Positions 1 through 14,245 of a stretch of 64,000 nucleotides of DNA are shown here, in pieces. The notes under the pieces were generated by a model, which did no database searches, had not been told where the DNA came from, and saw nothing but the letters and a program-made list of their open reading frames with translations. The stretch comes from Octopus vulgaris. Taxonomy: Eukaryota. Every line of letters begins with the position of its first letter. The first letter of the stretch is position 1. Location: contig OX597822.1 of the NCBI GenBank assembly GCA_951406725.2, forward strand, positions 36,208,001 to 36,272,000, written 5' to 3'. Position numbers and translations under genes: made by a program.

Positions 1-297
1 ATTGTGAGTGGATTTGGTAGACAGAAAAACTGAAAGAAGCCCGACGTATATATGTATATAAATATATGCATGTGTGTGTATATGTTTCTATGTCTGCGTT
101 TGTCACCCCAACATCGCTTGACAACTGATGCTGGTGTGTTTACGTCCCCATAACTTAACGGTTCGGCAAAAGAGACCGATAGAATAAGTACTAGGCTTAC
201 AAAGAATAAGTCCTGGGTTGATTTGCTCGACTAAAGGTGGTGCTCCAGCTTGGCCACAGTTAAATGACTGAAACAAGTAAAAGAGTAAAAGAGAGAG
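1..297 (+). mobile_element. Abundant tRNA-derived SINE (CORE-like) with internal microsatellite, 5'-truncated by the window edge
   Basis: Many related copies, e.g. ~1827-1980, 2480-2840, 9740-10015 (-), 10230-10565 (-), 15995-16335, 34665-34870 (-), 37520-37820. Confidence 0.85.
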
Positions 298-783
298 CAA
301 GAAATATGTATTTCTCCTATATTTTGTCATGCAGTGTGAGTGTGTGTGTTTAAAGTATTATTTTTCATTTTTTAGTAAATTCAAATTAATAAATATGCTC
401 AAAATGTACACCCACTCCACTCAAGTCAAGTCCTCTTCAACAAGAAGAGGAACATGACAACCATTGACCTTGGCAGGCCACCCCAAAACTATGAATCATC
501 TGACATGATAAACAACAATTGGGTGACATAAAAATACATCAACAGCATCTCAAGGCATGCCTATGTATGAATCAGGTTGACAACAAATATCAGCCGAGAG
601 AGGGAGGGGGGGAAGGGTCGGCTAGTTGGGAGTGATGAAACTGCTTTCAGAATATTAACTATTTTGGGAAATGGAACAAACTGTGAACCACCGAGAGAGA
701 CAGAAAGATGTGAAAGAACCAACTAATTCAAAGCTACAAAACTCTACCAAAACAGCTGTAATAAATTCCAAACCCAATTTGTG

Positions 784-831
<48 letters not shown>

Positions 832-1240
832 AACATGAATGGGGTTTAGAATTTACTACAGCTGTTTTGGTAGAGTTTTATTGATGTATTCATATATATA
901 TATATTATATATAAATTAGAGATAAAACCATTATTAGGCAAATCAAACAGTGAAAATCATAAGCCAATAACATAGAAATAAAATTAATTAAAAAATATAA
1001 AATATAAAAATCCAATTAAAATATTTAAATTAAAGTTAAAATTTTTAAAAATTATTTAAATTAATAATTTAAACTTATAAATTATAAATATATATTTTTA
1101 TTATTATTTTATTTAAGTATTTATTTTTTAAATTTTTATTTATATTTTTTATATTTTTATATTTTTTATATTTATTTATTTATTTTTTTTAACTATCAAA
1201 AAGTATTAAAAGTTTAATATAAGATAAAGAGTATAAAGAG

Positions 1241-1334
<94 letters not shown>

Positions 1335-1341
1335 TACATAC

Positions 1342-1394
<53 letters not shown>

Positions 1395-1590
1395 TAAATT
1401 CAGCAGGTATGAAAGGTAAATTTATATTTATTTAACCACATGACTTCCTGAGGGTTTTTGCAGCCTCCTTCATGTAGTATTAATTTCAGTATGCAAGAAA
1501 ATATGTGTACATGTTTGCATTAAGATGTATGCTCAGTATATATATTAATTCATATCTTATACTATTAAATTATACATACACACACACATA

Positions 1591-1820
1591 CAGGGTAGGC
1601 CAAAAGTCACCCGACAGTAAATCAAAACCATTTAATTCTAAGATTTATTTATGTTTAACAACTGAATGAATTCAATAAAAGCATCTAAATTTGAAACATC
1701 ATGGAAATTGTTCAAACTGAAGTTCTTGAGCAACACATTTTTCCTTTCAAGTCAATACAGAATTACAAATACCATTTATAGAATTTTGATTTACTATCAG
1801 GTGAATTCTGGCCAACCCTG
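1591..1820. mobile_element. Tc1/mariner-type MITE
   Basis: TA-CAGGGTAGGCCAAAAGTCACC ... GGTGAATTCTGGCCAACCCTG-TA. Confidence 0.8.
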
Positions 1821-3246
1821 TATATAGCTGTGTGATTAAGAAGCCCACCCCACAACCTGATGGTTTCAGGTTCAATATCACTCTGTGGCACCATGGGCAA
1901 GTGTCTTCTACTATCTCTGAACCAATCAAAGCCTTGTGAAAGAGCATAACAGACAGAAGCTGAAAGAAACTCATTATAAATATATGTATGTGTATGCATA
2001 TACAATATATACGTATGTATCTTAACATGTGTGTGTAACACAGACATGATGAAAGACAAATATATTTTTTCTCAGAGTTAGGCTAACTTCTGAAGGATGA
2101 TTCTTTAATAAGTAAGCAATGTTTTGACCTTTTCATTACCATATTTCTGTTGGAATACACCGCCTTTACTGCAATTAATTTTGAAAATAATGAAGAAATC
2201 AATAAAATAACTGTCATTATCAAACTGGTATTTGAAACAAACTATCATGAAATTTTGATAGATGGGTTTAATTAAGAATATTCTAAAACATGACTTTTAT
2301 ATCATAGAACCAGGTGTGATCTCAGATGAGATCACACCTGGCTAATGGCTAGTATCAAAAAAATTAAAAAGAATGGCTAGTATTAAAAAAAGTATAAAAC
2401 TAAACTCAGTTGGGGCAACATCAGACTGAAAATCCAGAGGTCTCTGGTTAAATCTCGAATTTTGGCTTTTTGGTGCAGACATGGATGTGTGGTTAAGAAG
2501 ATCACTCTGAAACTATATGGTTTCCAGTTGAGTCTCGGTAAGTATACTCTACTAAAGCCTTGGGCCAAGCAGTACTTTAGTAGACAAGAAATTGAGAGGA
2601 AACAAATTGTATCTATGTCATGTGTGTGTGTGTGTGTATTTGTTTCCTCACTCCCACTACTTGACAACCAGAGTTGGTTTATATACCCATAACTTAACAG
2701 TTCAGCAAAAGAGTCCAACAGAATTAGAACCAAGCTTAAAAATATGTACATAGTGTGATCAGTTCAACTAAAACCTTTCAAGGTATAATATCCTAGCATG
2801 GTTTCAGTCCAATAACTAAAGTAACTAAAAGCTAAAAGATAGTCAGGAAGTCAGGACTTCGATGTATTTTGCGCTATTATTTTAACTACTAATGTCTTGA
2901 AGGGACCATGTTCTTCTTTATGTAAAATTATGATTATTGCATTTCATTTTTCTTAAATCCGATACCACTTCCTTAGAAATCCTAGCCTACTCATTCATCA
3001 TCTAAATAACTTGCTAACTTATTAATGACAAGACAAAAACTGAAAAAAAAAAAAGAGATTTCGTTTAAAAGAGTTTTGCAATAAATCATTGATATACAAG
3101 AGGAAAAAAATAACTTCAAAAGTTTTTGAGATGCTAGCTTTCAACAATCAAATTAACTGGATAAAAGCAAGAAGAACCTGACTTTTGCTCACTGAGGCAG
3201 TGAATACATTCCATCATCATCATCCTCTCCATCTTTATCATTTTAA

Positions 3247-3465
3247 CCCTTTCATTACCAACCTGGCTGAAACCGGCTCTGGCTCTTTAGTATAAATGTC
3301 TTGTTTTCATAAGTTTTGAATTCAAATCTTCCACCAAACCTTAGTCACAATTTATGTTCCTAATACTAGCTGAATGATAACAATGTTATTTTACCAAATT
3401 CTTTTATATTTAAAATTATTGGAAGAAACACAGAGCATCTCAAAATAAATACAGTAACAAAAGGG
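3247..3465. mobile_element. piggyBac-like TTAA MITE, copy 1
   Basis: TTAA-CCCTTT ... AAAGGG-TTAA; same family at 6014-6234 and 13830-14037. Confidence 0.8.
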
Positions 3466-5721
3466 TTAATGTCTACTCTTTACTTTTCTAGGCTCAGAAA
3501 TGAGACAGAATTCAGTGAGACAAATTCTCTATGGCTGCATGCCCTTCCTGTCACAAACTGTCGTTTCCAGGCAAAGTAATACTTCTACAGACATCTTTTC
3601 ATGAAAGATTGAAAACAGAGGACACTGCTTGAGTGTATAATGGTGATGCTTATTTACAAGTACCACACAACGTCAAAACAAACACACACACATGTGCATG
3701 CATGCACATATTCAGTAGAGTACTTTATTCCCCTGATCTTTGCTGTGGATCATTAAGTCGTGGGACATGACAGGCTTCTTTCGGTTTCTGTCTACCAAAT
3801 CCACAAACAAGGCTTTGGTCAGTCTGGGGCTAAAGAAGAAAATACTTGTCTAAGATGCCTTACAGTGGGACAGAAACCAAAGCCACATGGGTGGGAAGTG
3901 AACATTTTAACAACATGGACATTTTAAAGGAAAGCAGCTAAACACTCAATGGTATTTTGCACAATATAAGAACCTCGCTCTGGCAGAACCACCCAAGCTG
4001 GTCATTTACAATGTTCTATCAGATCTGTCATTCAATAATTAGAACTGGGTTATAAAGACATCAAATATGATTGATAAAATTTAACCCTAGAGTAGAAACA
4101 GCCTGAGAAATAATCAAAATTAAAAGCTTTCATCATTTCATGCTAATTAATGATCCAATTACCAACTCCATAAAGACAAAATTATTTTACTAAATACTTT
4201 ATTATTTTCAAAATTAATTGAAACAAAGACGGTGTGTTGCAGCAGAAATACGATAACGGGTTAAGGAGACCTAAGAGTGCATCTGCATCATTGAGAAGCA
4301 AAGAAAAACAAGGAAGCTAAGGCGTGTCTTGAGAAAACATATTTAAATATTTCAGACAGAGAACCCATGATCATAGAAGACGGGAAGTTAGAAACAATTC
4401 TCTGGAGAATATAGCAGGATAGGAAAGTAGTCATTATTTTTTTTTTGTAATGAAATCAGTTATGATCCCATTATCAAAATGGCTTTCTTACACGAATGGT
4501 TCCAACTCTAATGCAGATACTGCAAACAGAACATTATGGCAATTATGATAAAGTAATCCTTACAGTAAATTATATTTATATAACGTTAATGCTAACATAT
4601 AAACATTTATGTGCTGGCACCACATAAAAAGCACTTGTGCCAACGCCATGTAAAATGCACCTGTGCCAGAACCACATAGAAGGCACCTATGCTAGCACTG
4701 CTTGAAGGGCACTTGTGCCAACACCACATAAAAAGCACCCAGTACACTCTGTAAAGTGGTTGGCATTTAGATGGGATGTCAGTCCATCAGAGTTACTCGT
4801 TTACAGCTGAATGGACTGCAGCAATGTGAAACATGAAAAGAAGTGTTTTACTCAAAGACACAATGCACACCTGGTCTGGACACTGAAGCCACCATCTTGT
4901 GATTCTGAGTGCAACATACTAACTACTAAGCTGTGCGATTTCTAATGGCTTAATGCAAAGAAGAAGTGCAATGCGTATGATTTCTCACAAAGTCCCCAAG
5001 ACTGGTGGAAAAAAAAGTTGTTTAGCACCAAGTGAGCTCTGGCCCAACAAGCACATCAAATGACTAGGTGCAACCTGTAGTTCTGTTGTTCCAGTTGTAC
5101 AATGCTTTCTTCTCTATGCATGGCTCAGAGCATTACTGCACACACCAACATGCAATGAAGAAATGTATGAAGTGCAGTGCTTCAGTCTGTACATATATTC
5201 GCTCCAGCTCTAGTTTATTCCTGTATGCCTGCAGAGTATTGTGATAAAGGAACATAATCTAGTGGTGAGGACATTGCACACATGATCTCACAATCATGGT
5301 ATCATTTCCTAGACCAGGCAGTGTGTGGTGTCTTGAGCAAAACACTTCATTTCAAGTTTCACATTGCACCAGTCCACTCAGCTGTAAATGAGCCGCAGCA
5401 CCAGCTGGGAAATTAATCCTACGACAGACTGGTGTCTCGTTCGTGAGGAGTGTTGTTATATCAGTTACTTATATCATAGGAGCTCCAGCCTTATGGTTCA
5501 TGACAAAGCAAGAGTATGGTGATAGCCACAGCCAGGACTTGGTCAGAGAGCAAAAGTTGCCATTCTCTAGCATCTATATTAGTAGTGTTCATCCCAAAAT
5601 AACGCTAATGATTACTGATACTAGAGGTATTTTTGCATACTTAGGTAGAGAGTGAGAGAAGGAGGGTTTGGGAAATAAGAGCAACAGATCAGGATGTGTC
5701 AATCTTAGACATGGTCTAAAT

Positions 5722-5946
5722 CATTGGTTCTCAACCATTTTTTACTTATGGACCACTTTGGTTCCTAATTATACTTGGATGGAACCACCTGCCCCTAGTA
5801 ATTTGATATTTATAAGATCGTTTTATATTTTTATAATTAGGTATTATTAGGAATAAATTGTTGAAATATTCTATGTATTGTAGGAGTATAACCAATTTTA
5901 TTGCACCCCAAGGGTTATATGAATGGACCACAGTTGAGAATCACTG
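5722..5946. mobile_element. hAT-type MITE
   Basis: CATTGGTTCTCAAC ... GTTGAGAATCACTG termini; 8-bp TSD GTCTAAAT; related truncated copy at ~10993-11295. Confidence 0.85.
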
Positions 5947-6013
5947 GTCTAAATGGTTGCAACATAATGGACTTAGTTGAAGACACCCAAGGACCGGGTG
6001 GTAGTGGAGTTAT

Positions 6014-6234
6014 CCATTTCGTTACCAACTCGGCCAAAACCGGCTCTGGCTCTGTAGTACAAATGTCTTGTTTTCATAAGTTTTGCATTAAAATATACCA
6101 CCAAACCTTAGTTGCAATTTATGTTCCTAATACTAGCTTAATGATAACTAAGTTATTTTACTAAATTCTTTGTTATATTTAAAATAATTGAAAGAAACAT
6201 AAAGCATCTCAAAATAAATAGAGTAACGAAAGGG
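6014..6234. mobile_element. piggyBac-like TTAA MITE, copy 2
   Basis: Collinear with 3247-3465; ends AAAGGG-TTAA. Confidence 0.75.
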
Positions 6235-6704
6235 TTAAACCAGACAATGGATTAAGCAGAATGCAAAAGGAGCAGAAGACAGATAAAGTGGAATGAAAAA
6301 GGGAGGAGGAGGAGGAGGTGGCAGAAAGGGAAAGAGGAAGAAGATAATGAAAAGGAGGAAGGGTAAGAAGAAAAGGAAGAGGACTAAGAAAAACAAAAGC
6401 CTGTAGACTAACATAGTAATGATAGACAGAACAGCAATAAATGTGTGTGTGTACATAAAAGAAATCTAGTTGATCAACTTTTGGAAATTCAGTAAACCAT
6501 GTAATACAAGGATAGCTAGTTAGTTCAAACACACAGGACTAAGATTAAAAGTACTACAAATATCAGTCAGATTACAAGTAAAAAAAAAAAGAAAGATTTG
6601 AAACAAGGTCAGTGGAAAAAGAAACAACTAATGCATTCAGTTTTTTCTCACTTGTTAGAATTTTTGAGAAAGAAAAAAATATTATTTCATAATGTGGTGG
6701 TGGT

Positions 6705-6885
6705 GGTGCATGGCTTAATGGTTAGGGTGTTGAATTCATGATTGTAAGATTGTGGTTACGATTCCTGGACCAGGTAATGTGATGTGTTCTTGAGCAAAAT
6801 ACTTCATTCCGTATTGCTCCAGTTCACTCAGCTGGCAAAAATGAGTAATCCTGTAACGGATCGGCATCCCATCCAGGGAGGAATA
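6705..6885 (+). mobile_element. tRNA-headed SINE (V/CORE-like body GTGTTCTTGAGCAAAAYACTT)
   Basis: Related copies at ~5250-5445, 43100-43222, 53270-53400, 56955-57108 (-), 4795-4935 (-). Confidence 0.7.
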
Positions 6886-6944
6886 TAAATGGCGATTTTT
6901 TTTTTCCCTCCGTCTTCCCTTCTCTGGATCTTTCCTTTTCTTAT

Positions 6945-6979
6945 GTTTCTGACGAAGAGCTCCGCTCGAAACGTTAAAC
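6945..6979 (+). ncRNA. Minimal type I hammerhead ribozyme (Penelope-like element type)
   Basis: GTTT-CTGACGA-A-GAGC(TCC)GCTC-GAAA-CGTT-AAAC: core, stem II, palindromic ACGT stem III, 4-bp stem I; lies in a short element next to a (TA)n tract. Confidence 0.75.
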
Positions 6980-7610
6980 CCTCCTTCTTCCCTTCCTGAG
7001 TGTCAAAAAATACTATATTTGTTCCACGTCCTCGCATTGTTGTGTTTTCTCTTTGTGTTTCCATGTTTGGATTAACTTTTTATATATATATATTATATAT
7101 ATATATATATACACCAGAGAAATTGAGAAAACCAGCCGTATGCTCCATACAGAATAATGTAGACTAACCATATGTCATAATGCAATTATCATCATCATTT
7201 ATATGTATGCTTTTACCATGCTGGTATACGTTGGCTGAGACTTCTTCAGGCAATATTCTAAAGCCAGACGTCCTTCTTGGTGCCAACTCTTACTTGTATT
7301 CAACAGCGGATCACTAAGTTGTGGGACAAATATAACTACTGCCCATTTAGAATCAATGAAAAGATATGAGCTCACACATAATGGGCTTCAATACAGTTTC
7401 TATATACTGATATTCACAGTCACAAGGCATTGGTCAACCAGAAGCCACAATACAGCACATTTGCTCAAGGTGCCACAGAGTGAGATTGAACCTCAACACT
7501 GTGTGGTTGGACAGAAAACTTCTTAATCACAACACACACCATATATATATATCATATAACATCTCTTTTTCGATGCTAGCAAGGGCTGACAAACACATAT
7601 ATATACACAT

Positions 7611-7651
<41 letters not shown>

Positions 7652-8115
7652 CATTTAACATCTCTTTTTTGATGCTAGCATGGGCTGGTATATATAGATA
7701 TATATATATACATACATACATACACACACACATACAGAGAGAGAACGTTATCATGTAGCCTCAGTTAGTTCAGACTGAGTGGAGTCTTGGTATGCTGATA
7801 GCATGCCAAACAACTGGGCGTAATCCGAAGATCTACCTACTGTCCCAGATGATAACCAACAAGGTAAATACACACATCTTCTTTGTTTGGGGAATTCAGA
7901 AGCCATTATTTTCCATTCAGTTTTTTTCACACTTGACTAATTTTTATTTACTCAATGCACACTTTAGAAGTTTACAATAACTACATTTAGACTGAAGTCC
8001 TTTGTGGGGACCATGTGCTTTTGCTTCCTGTGTGTGTATGTATGTATGTATTAACAGCTTGACCTAGGAATCCCAATGAATGAGAGAATGTGCATATGAT
8101 CAGTCAGATGCTTAC

Positions 8116-8232
8116 TTCAGAGCAACAAAACCTTCAGTTTTCTTCAAGCTGTAAAAGCATTATTATTCAGATGTAAACATCCAAATGATCAGTTTTTTTG
8201 GGTCCCTGCCACCACTTCTGTGAGCAGATGAG
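8116..8232 (-). other. Putative non-coding exon (117 nt) of a minus-strand transcript
   Basis: Minus strand tttgtcttgtctctatttctAG acceptor and GAA|GTAAGC donor; stops in all three frames. Confidence 0.3.
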
Positions 8233-8842
8233 CTAGAAATAGAGACAAGACAAATAGCTAGCTGTGTCACATAAAAAGCACCAATACACTCAGCAAAGTG
8301 GTTGGCGCTGGGAAGGGCCACCAGCCATGGAAGCTATGCAAGAATAGACAACAGAGCCTGGTGCGGAACTCAGCCTTACCAGCACCTGTCAAAACCATTC
8401 CAGCCCATGTCAAAACAGACATTAAATAACAATGGTGATAGCAATAAAAACAGACAGATGATTTAGTCAAGATTACTAATGACCAAGTCATAAACATATG
8501 ATGGAAAATGTAAAAATTAATAAATAGATAAAAGAATAATTACACGTTTAATTTATGCATGTCATATTACAAGGACATTTTATATAATATACAAAATGTC
8601 TTTGGTGTTAAGTCATTAAATTTATATTTTCATAACCTTTTTTTTCCTGAATGCATGGATCCTTAATTACCTTTTCACGCATATTTTATCAATCTGTGTG
8701 TGTGGATAACATCAGTGGTGTGGAGAGTGGAGGCTGGTATGTATGGGCAACTGCTGGCCTTCCATAAACAACCTTGCCCAGACTTGTGCCTCAGAGGGTA
8801 ACTTTCTAGGTGCAATTCCATGGTCAATCATGACCTAAGGGG

Positions 8843-8897
<55 letters not shown>

Positions 8898-11800
8898 CAT
8901 ACATGTAATTATATGTGTGTATGTAATTATATATATATATATACATACACACAAACACATAACACAACATACAGTAATAGAGAGAAGGAAGAAGTAAGCA
9001 CTTATCAATCATACAAACTAGACAGAAATGAAATCAATTGCTCAGCTTTCTTTGATCAGAGAATTTCCATTCACCTCAATTAGCTTCATCAGAAGAGAAG
9101 GTGGATGAAGTGGGGGTTGTGATATTCCAGTTCTTACCTTAGAACACAAGTAACAGAAGTGAAATAAATAATGATGATAATAATAATAATTATAATAATA
9201 ATAAACATAAGTCAAAGGCAAGTCATGAATCCCCTTTACTCTGGAGCCTAACAAATGCATTACAGGGCCTTGCTATATATATTGTGTGTGTGTGTGTGTT
9301 TGCAAATTTATGCACTGAAACTAATTACCTTTGAGTTAAAAAGAGATCAAAAAGATTCTCAAATACCAAGAGAGGAAAATGAAGAAAAAATACAAATATG
9401 TTGAAGCCTAAGGAGGAAGATAAGCTCACACACACACATGTATATGAGCTTATCTTTTTCTACATCAATTCACATAACATTTTGTCAAGATGGATTTCAG
9501 CAATCATACAGAATTTCCCAAATTTGGATAAAGGAATAGAGAATGTTAGAGACCAAATCATAAACTTAACATTCAATATAACCTTCAATATATTAATTAG
9601 TAAGGACTTACATTAACCATGTCCACCACATAGCTGTTGTATCTATTCAAGCATTGCTGCGTAGTTAAGAAGTTTGCATCCAAACTAGAGTCCCATTGCA
9701 CAGCACTTTGGGCAAGTGTCTTCCATCACAGGCCTTTCACTTGTTTCAGTCATTAGACTGTGGCCATGCTGGGGCACTACCTCAAAGAATTTTTAGTCAA
9801 ATGAATCAACCCCAGTACTTGTTACTCTGGAGCACCACCTTTAGTTGAGCAAATCAACCCCAGGACTTATTCTTTGTAAGACTAGTACTTATTCTACAGA
9901 TCTCTTTTGCCGAACCGCTAGGTTACAGGGACATAAACACACAAGCATCAGTTGTCAAGCGATGTTGGAGGGACAAACACATACATATATACGACGGGCT
10001 TCTTTCAGTTTCTGCCAGCTTGCCACCTTAGCTCCTCGTATACATCATATCTTCATTATTTAACACCCACTCTTCCATGCTTGCATAAGCCAGACAGACT
10101 TTATTTGAAGCAGATTTTTGATGGCTGGATGGCCTTCCTGTCACCAACCCTTGTTTCCAAACAAAGTAATATTTTTCATAGCTAGACGTGCTCTCACATA
10201 ATATTGGAAATGAATGACACTGCTTTATTTTTTTATTTGTTTCAGTCATTTCGCTGCGGCCATGCTGGAGCACCACCTTTAGTCGAACAAATTGAATACA
10301 GGACTTTTTCTTTGTAAATTTAATACTTATTCTATTGGTCTCTTTTGGTGAACCGCTAAGTTACAGGGATGTAAACACACCAACATCAGTTGACAAGCGA
10401 TGGTGGGGGGACAAACACACACACACACACATATATATATACACACACACACAGACACAACGGGCTTATTTCAGTTTCTGTCTACCAAATCCACTCACAA
10501 GGTTTTGGTTGGCCCGAGGCTATAGTAGAAGACACTTGTCCGAGGCACCATGCAATGGGACTAAACCTGATGAATTCATTTTACAACTATCAAAAGATGT
10601 CAATACAAAGAAACAAACATACAAACACAAATATATACGATGAGCTTTTTCAGTTTCCCTCTGCCAAATCCACTCACAAGGCTTTATGTAGCTCGAGGCT
10701 ATAGGAGAAGATATTTACCCAAGGTACCATGCAGTGGGACTGAACCCTGAACCACGTGGTTGAGAAGCAAACTTCTTACCACATCAATGAAAATGAATGC
10801 GTGTGTGTCTTTCTCTCCCCTTGTCATCACATCACATGACAATTGTGAATGATTGCCATTCATATAAGCAGCAACATTCATTTCCAATGTTCCACAAGAA
10901 TACGTCTGGCCATGGGGAAAATATTACCTTAGTTTTATTTATCATTATGTCATCACCACCATCATTAAAAGCCAACAGACCGTCCTCTGTATCAGGGGTT
11001 CTCAACCACTTTTTACCCATGGACCCCTTTAATTGCTATTTTATTCTAGTGGACCCCCATGACCATTCAATGTTTAAAAACTAGTTTTACAGGAACTTTT
11101 TTCGAAATAGCAATTTTTTTTTCACACTAACTTATGTAGTTTGAACTATATAAAATGTTAAAGAAAGAAACCTGTTTCTTGCAATACATATCAACAAAAC
11201 TTGTTCAGGGGCCCTTGAAATTGTGAATCCCCAATTTACTGTTTTATTACATGGACTCCCAAAAATCTTATATGGACCCACCCACACCAACAGTTGCTAA
11301 AAGCAGCAACCAAATTATCTCTCAAATCACATCCTACTGTCACAAAATAAAAAGGGGTCACATCTTAATAATTAGCCCTAATTACAATAGGTCATAAAAA
11401 AATAAAGACCTGAATTACATTTTGATCATAGGTCTGCTAAATCAGGGACTAAACAACAACAGTATTTAACATTTATCTTTCTATGTTATTGTTAAGCCAC
11501 AGGTCAGCTTTACTCGAGGAGATAACTGATCAAAATTGTGCTCCAATTATGAACTTTTAATATCACCTCACCAAAATTGGAATGACAATAGCAGTTAAGT
11601 TATCCTTGACTTACATTCTACCACCTTAATAAAAGGACACAAATGTGTCCTTTTAAAAAGATAGGAAGGTCATGGTTAGAGTATCTTTGATAAATGGTAT
11701 TCTTAACCATGGCCTCATAACAATATCAGAAAAAAAGATAATGATATATCTATTTTATAGGTCAAGGCCATCTTTTACATTTTTTTCTTTTTCAGGCATA

Positions 11801-12329
11801 GTGTGGCTGTTTTGTTAAGAAGCTTGCTTCCCAACCTTGTCATCTTAGGTTCCGTCCCATTGTGCAGCACTTTGAGAAAGTGTCTTCTGTTATAACCCCG
11901 GACCAACGAAAACCTTGTGAGTAGATTTGATAGACAGAAATTGAAAGAAGCCCATCAAGTGTGTGTGTGTGTGTGTATGTATAGATTACATATTCTGTGT
12001 TCAAACACAACACTAAGTGGGAGATAAGTATTACCTTTGATATTAATACTGCTTCTGTCACTATTAATTACTTTTTAATTAAACCCACAGACTACTTACG
12101 ACACCAGTGCTTGAATAGACATTGATATTCTATGTCATTAATGGGGAAATCGGCTGCTATATCTCACTGAACATCTGCCATTAACAAGCCCAAGGAAAGG
12201 CAAAAATCACATGATCTGGCAGTTCCAGTGGTCATAGTGGGCAGTTATTACCTGTCAATAATATTAACACAAGTGCTTTTATGCACAGGTCTGTATGAAA
12301 GGAGAGATGATGAAAAGTGTGGAAGAGGG

Positions 12330-13186
12330 GCATCAGAACATCAGAACTGGTGGAGAAAATTCACAATTTTCTACATGAGGGCTATCTATAAAGACAATAA
12401 GCATACAGTTTAGAGTTGATGTGGCAACTGTACACAGAATTATTCATGAAGATCTAAACATGTGCAAAATTTGTGCAAAGTTTGTTCCTAGGGTCGGCGG
12501 TGAGTTGGTGACAGCAAAGAGATGGTTGAGTTTGTTATCTCTAATTCAAGAGTACTTGAGTTTCTGGTGACCTGTGACAAAAGTTGGACCTACTGTTATG
12601 ATCCAGGGAGTGAGAGAGTGCCTAATGGAAGCATTGTGGCTCCCCCAGACCCAAGACGTTGGTAATGATAACCCCCTTTTTCGATGGCAAAGAAGGACAT
12701 CTGCTGGGTTCCCTTAGGTTAGACAGTCAACAAAGAATAACCTGTGGAGATTTTTAAGGCATCCAGGAAGTGATTTCATTGCAAAGGGCCAGAGCTCTTT
12801 TATTTAGTTTGGTGGCACCTATACCAGGACAGTGCATCAGTCCATGATCCTATCTTGATAACCGACTACTTGAGAGAAATGAGCATCAAAACCATCCCTC
12901 ACTCTCTGTACAGTCAAGACCATGCTTCCTGAGACTTTTGGTTGTTTCCCAAGCTGAACAAAGACCTCAGGGGCAGTCATTTTGAAGACACTGAGAATAT
13001 GAAGGAGCCTGTGATAAGGGTCCTGTGCACCTGCACTTTGGAGGACTTCCATGGACCCTTCACAAAGTGCTGGAGCACTAGAACAAATGCAATAAAATCA
13101 GAAGATCCTACTGTGAAAAGAGATAATAGTTTCTTGGAAATTGATGTCTCTCCTGAAAAAGTCTCAAAAGTTTGGAATGCATCTCG
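12330..13186 (+). pseudogene. Mariner transposase relic
   Basis: IIHEDLNMCKICAKFVPR, VTCDKSWTYCYDP and YSQDHAS*DFWLFPKL motifs; ends in a TIR-like ...TCTCG followed by TA. Confidence 0.85.
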
Positions 13187-13829
13187 TAGCATTCCAGCAA
13201 AATGGATTGGAGAACTGTTAGAGCATTGGACAAGATGTCTTATAGTATCTGTTCCAACTCTATACATTCTGAGTTCAAATCCCACCCAATCAACAAGTTG
13301 GAAAAACCAATGGAAACTTAATTTCTTTAGCTTGATCAGCAGATCAGCTTCCACTACTACTGCCATCAATTATCTTTTTTTAAGTTTTTCTTTTTCCTTC
13401 CTTTATTTTCTTCCATTATAATGTTTAGAATTTGGCAATGTTCTTAGACTTTGAAATGTAAACTTACGTCTGGGTAGCTTTTAGCCAACGTTGTTATGCG
13501 TAATCAAATACATGAGGAGGTCTTCATGTATTTGATTACACATGGCTAAATCGAGTATGATATAGTTTTACATCTTAGATTATTCAGCTCATGTTGTTTG
13601 CTGCAGTATTTCTTATGAGGGTGGGTTGAAAAGGGGTTGACAAGTCAATATGTTTAATAAATTTAAGATTGCTTTCAGCTTTTTAAACTTGTCTGACACC
13701 ATGGCAAAGTAAGAAAAATTATATGGATATAATTTGTCTTCTCATTAATAATGGAGAGATGGAGGATGTTAGTATTATTTGAGGGAGGTAGCAGTTATGA
13801 ATCTGAGAACTTGTTCAATGCATCATTAA

Positions 13830-14245
13830 CCCTTTCATTACTGTATTTATTTTGAGATGCTCTGTGTTTCTTTCAATTACTTGAAATATAACAAAGAACT
13901 TAGTTATCATTCAGCTAGTGCTAGGAACATAAATTGTGACTAAGGTTTGGTGGAAGATTTTAATTCAAAACTTATGAAAACAAAACATTTGTACTAAAGA
14001 GCCAGAGCCAGTTTCAGCCAGGTTGGTAACGAAAGGGTTAACCCTTTAGCTTTCAGATTACCCAGTCAAATGTACTAATTATAAATCCACAGTGTTTTTA
14101 AGTAATCATCCATTATCTTGCAGCTTTGAGATTTCTGTGATGTGATTGTTTACTCTTAGTATATTGTAGGATAAGTGTGAGAGACCAGATAAGGCCCATT
14201 TGAACATGAAACTGGCCAGATATAGCCAGTTTAAATACTAAAGGG
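13830..14245. mobile_element. Two adjacent piggyBac-like MITEs sharing one TTAA (13830-14037 and 14042-14245)
   Basis: TTAA-CCCTTT..AAAGGG-TTAA-CCCTTTAG..CTAAAGGG-TTAA. Confidence 0.8.

Noticed and set aside
1244-1435. ORFs of YI, HT, CV, YLSI or ER repeats (also at 30768-31272, 41322-41803, 49271-49768, 51949-52140, 57767-58177 and others)
   Set aside because: Translations of microsatellites that lack stop codons; not genes.
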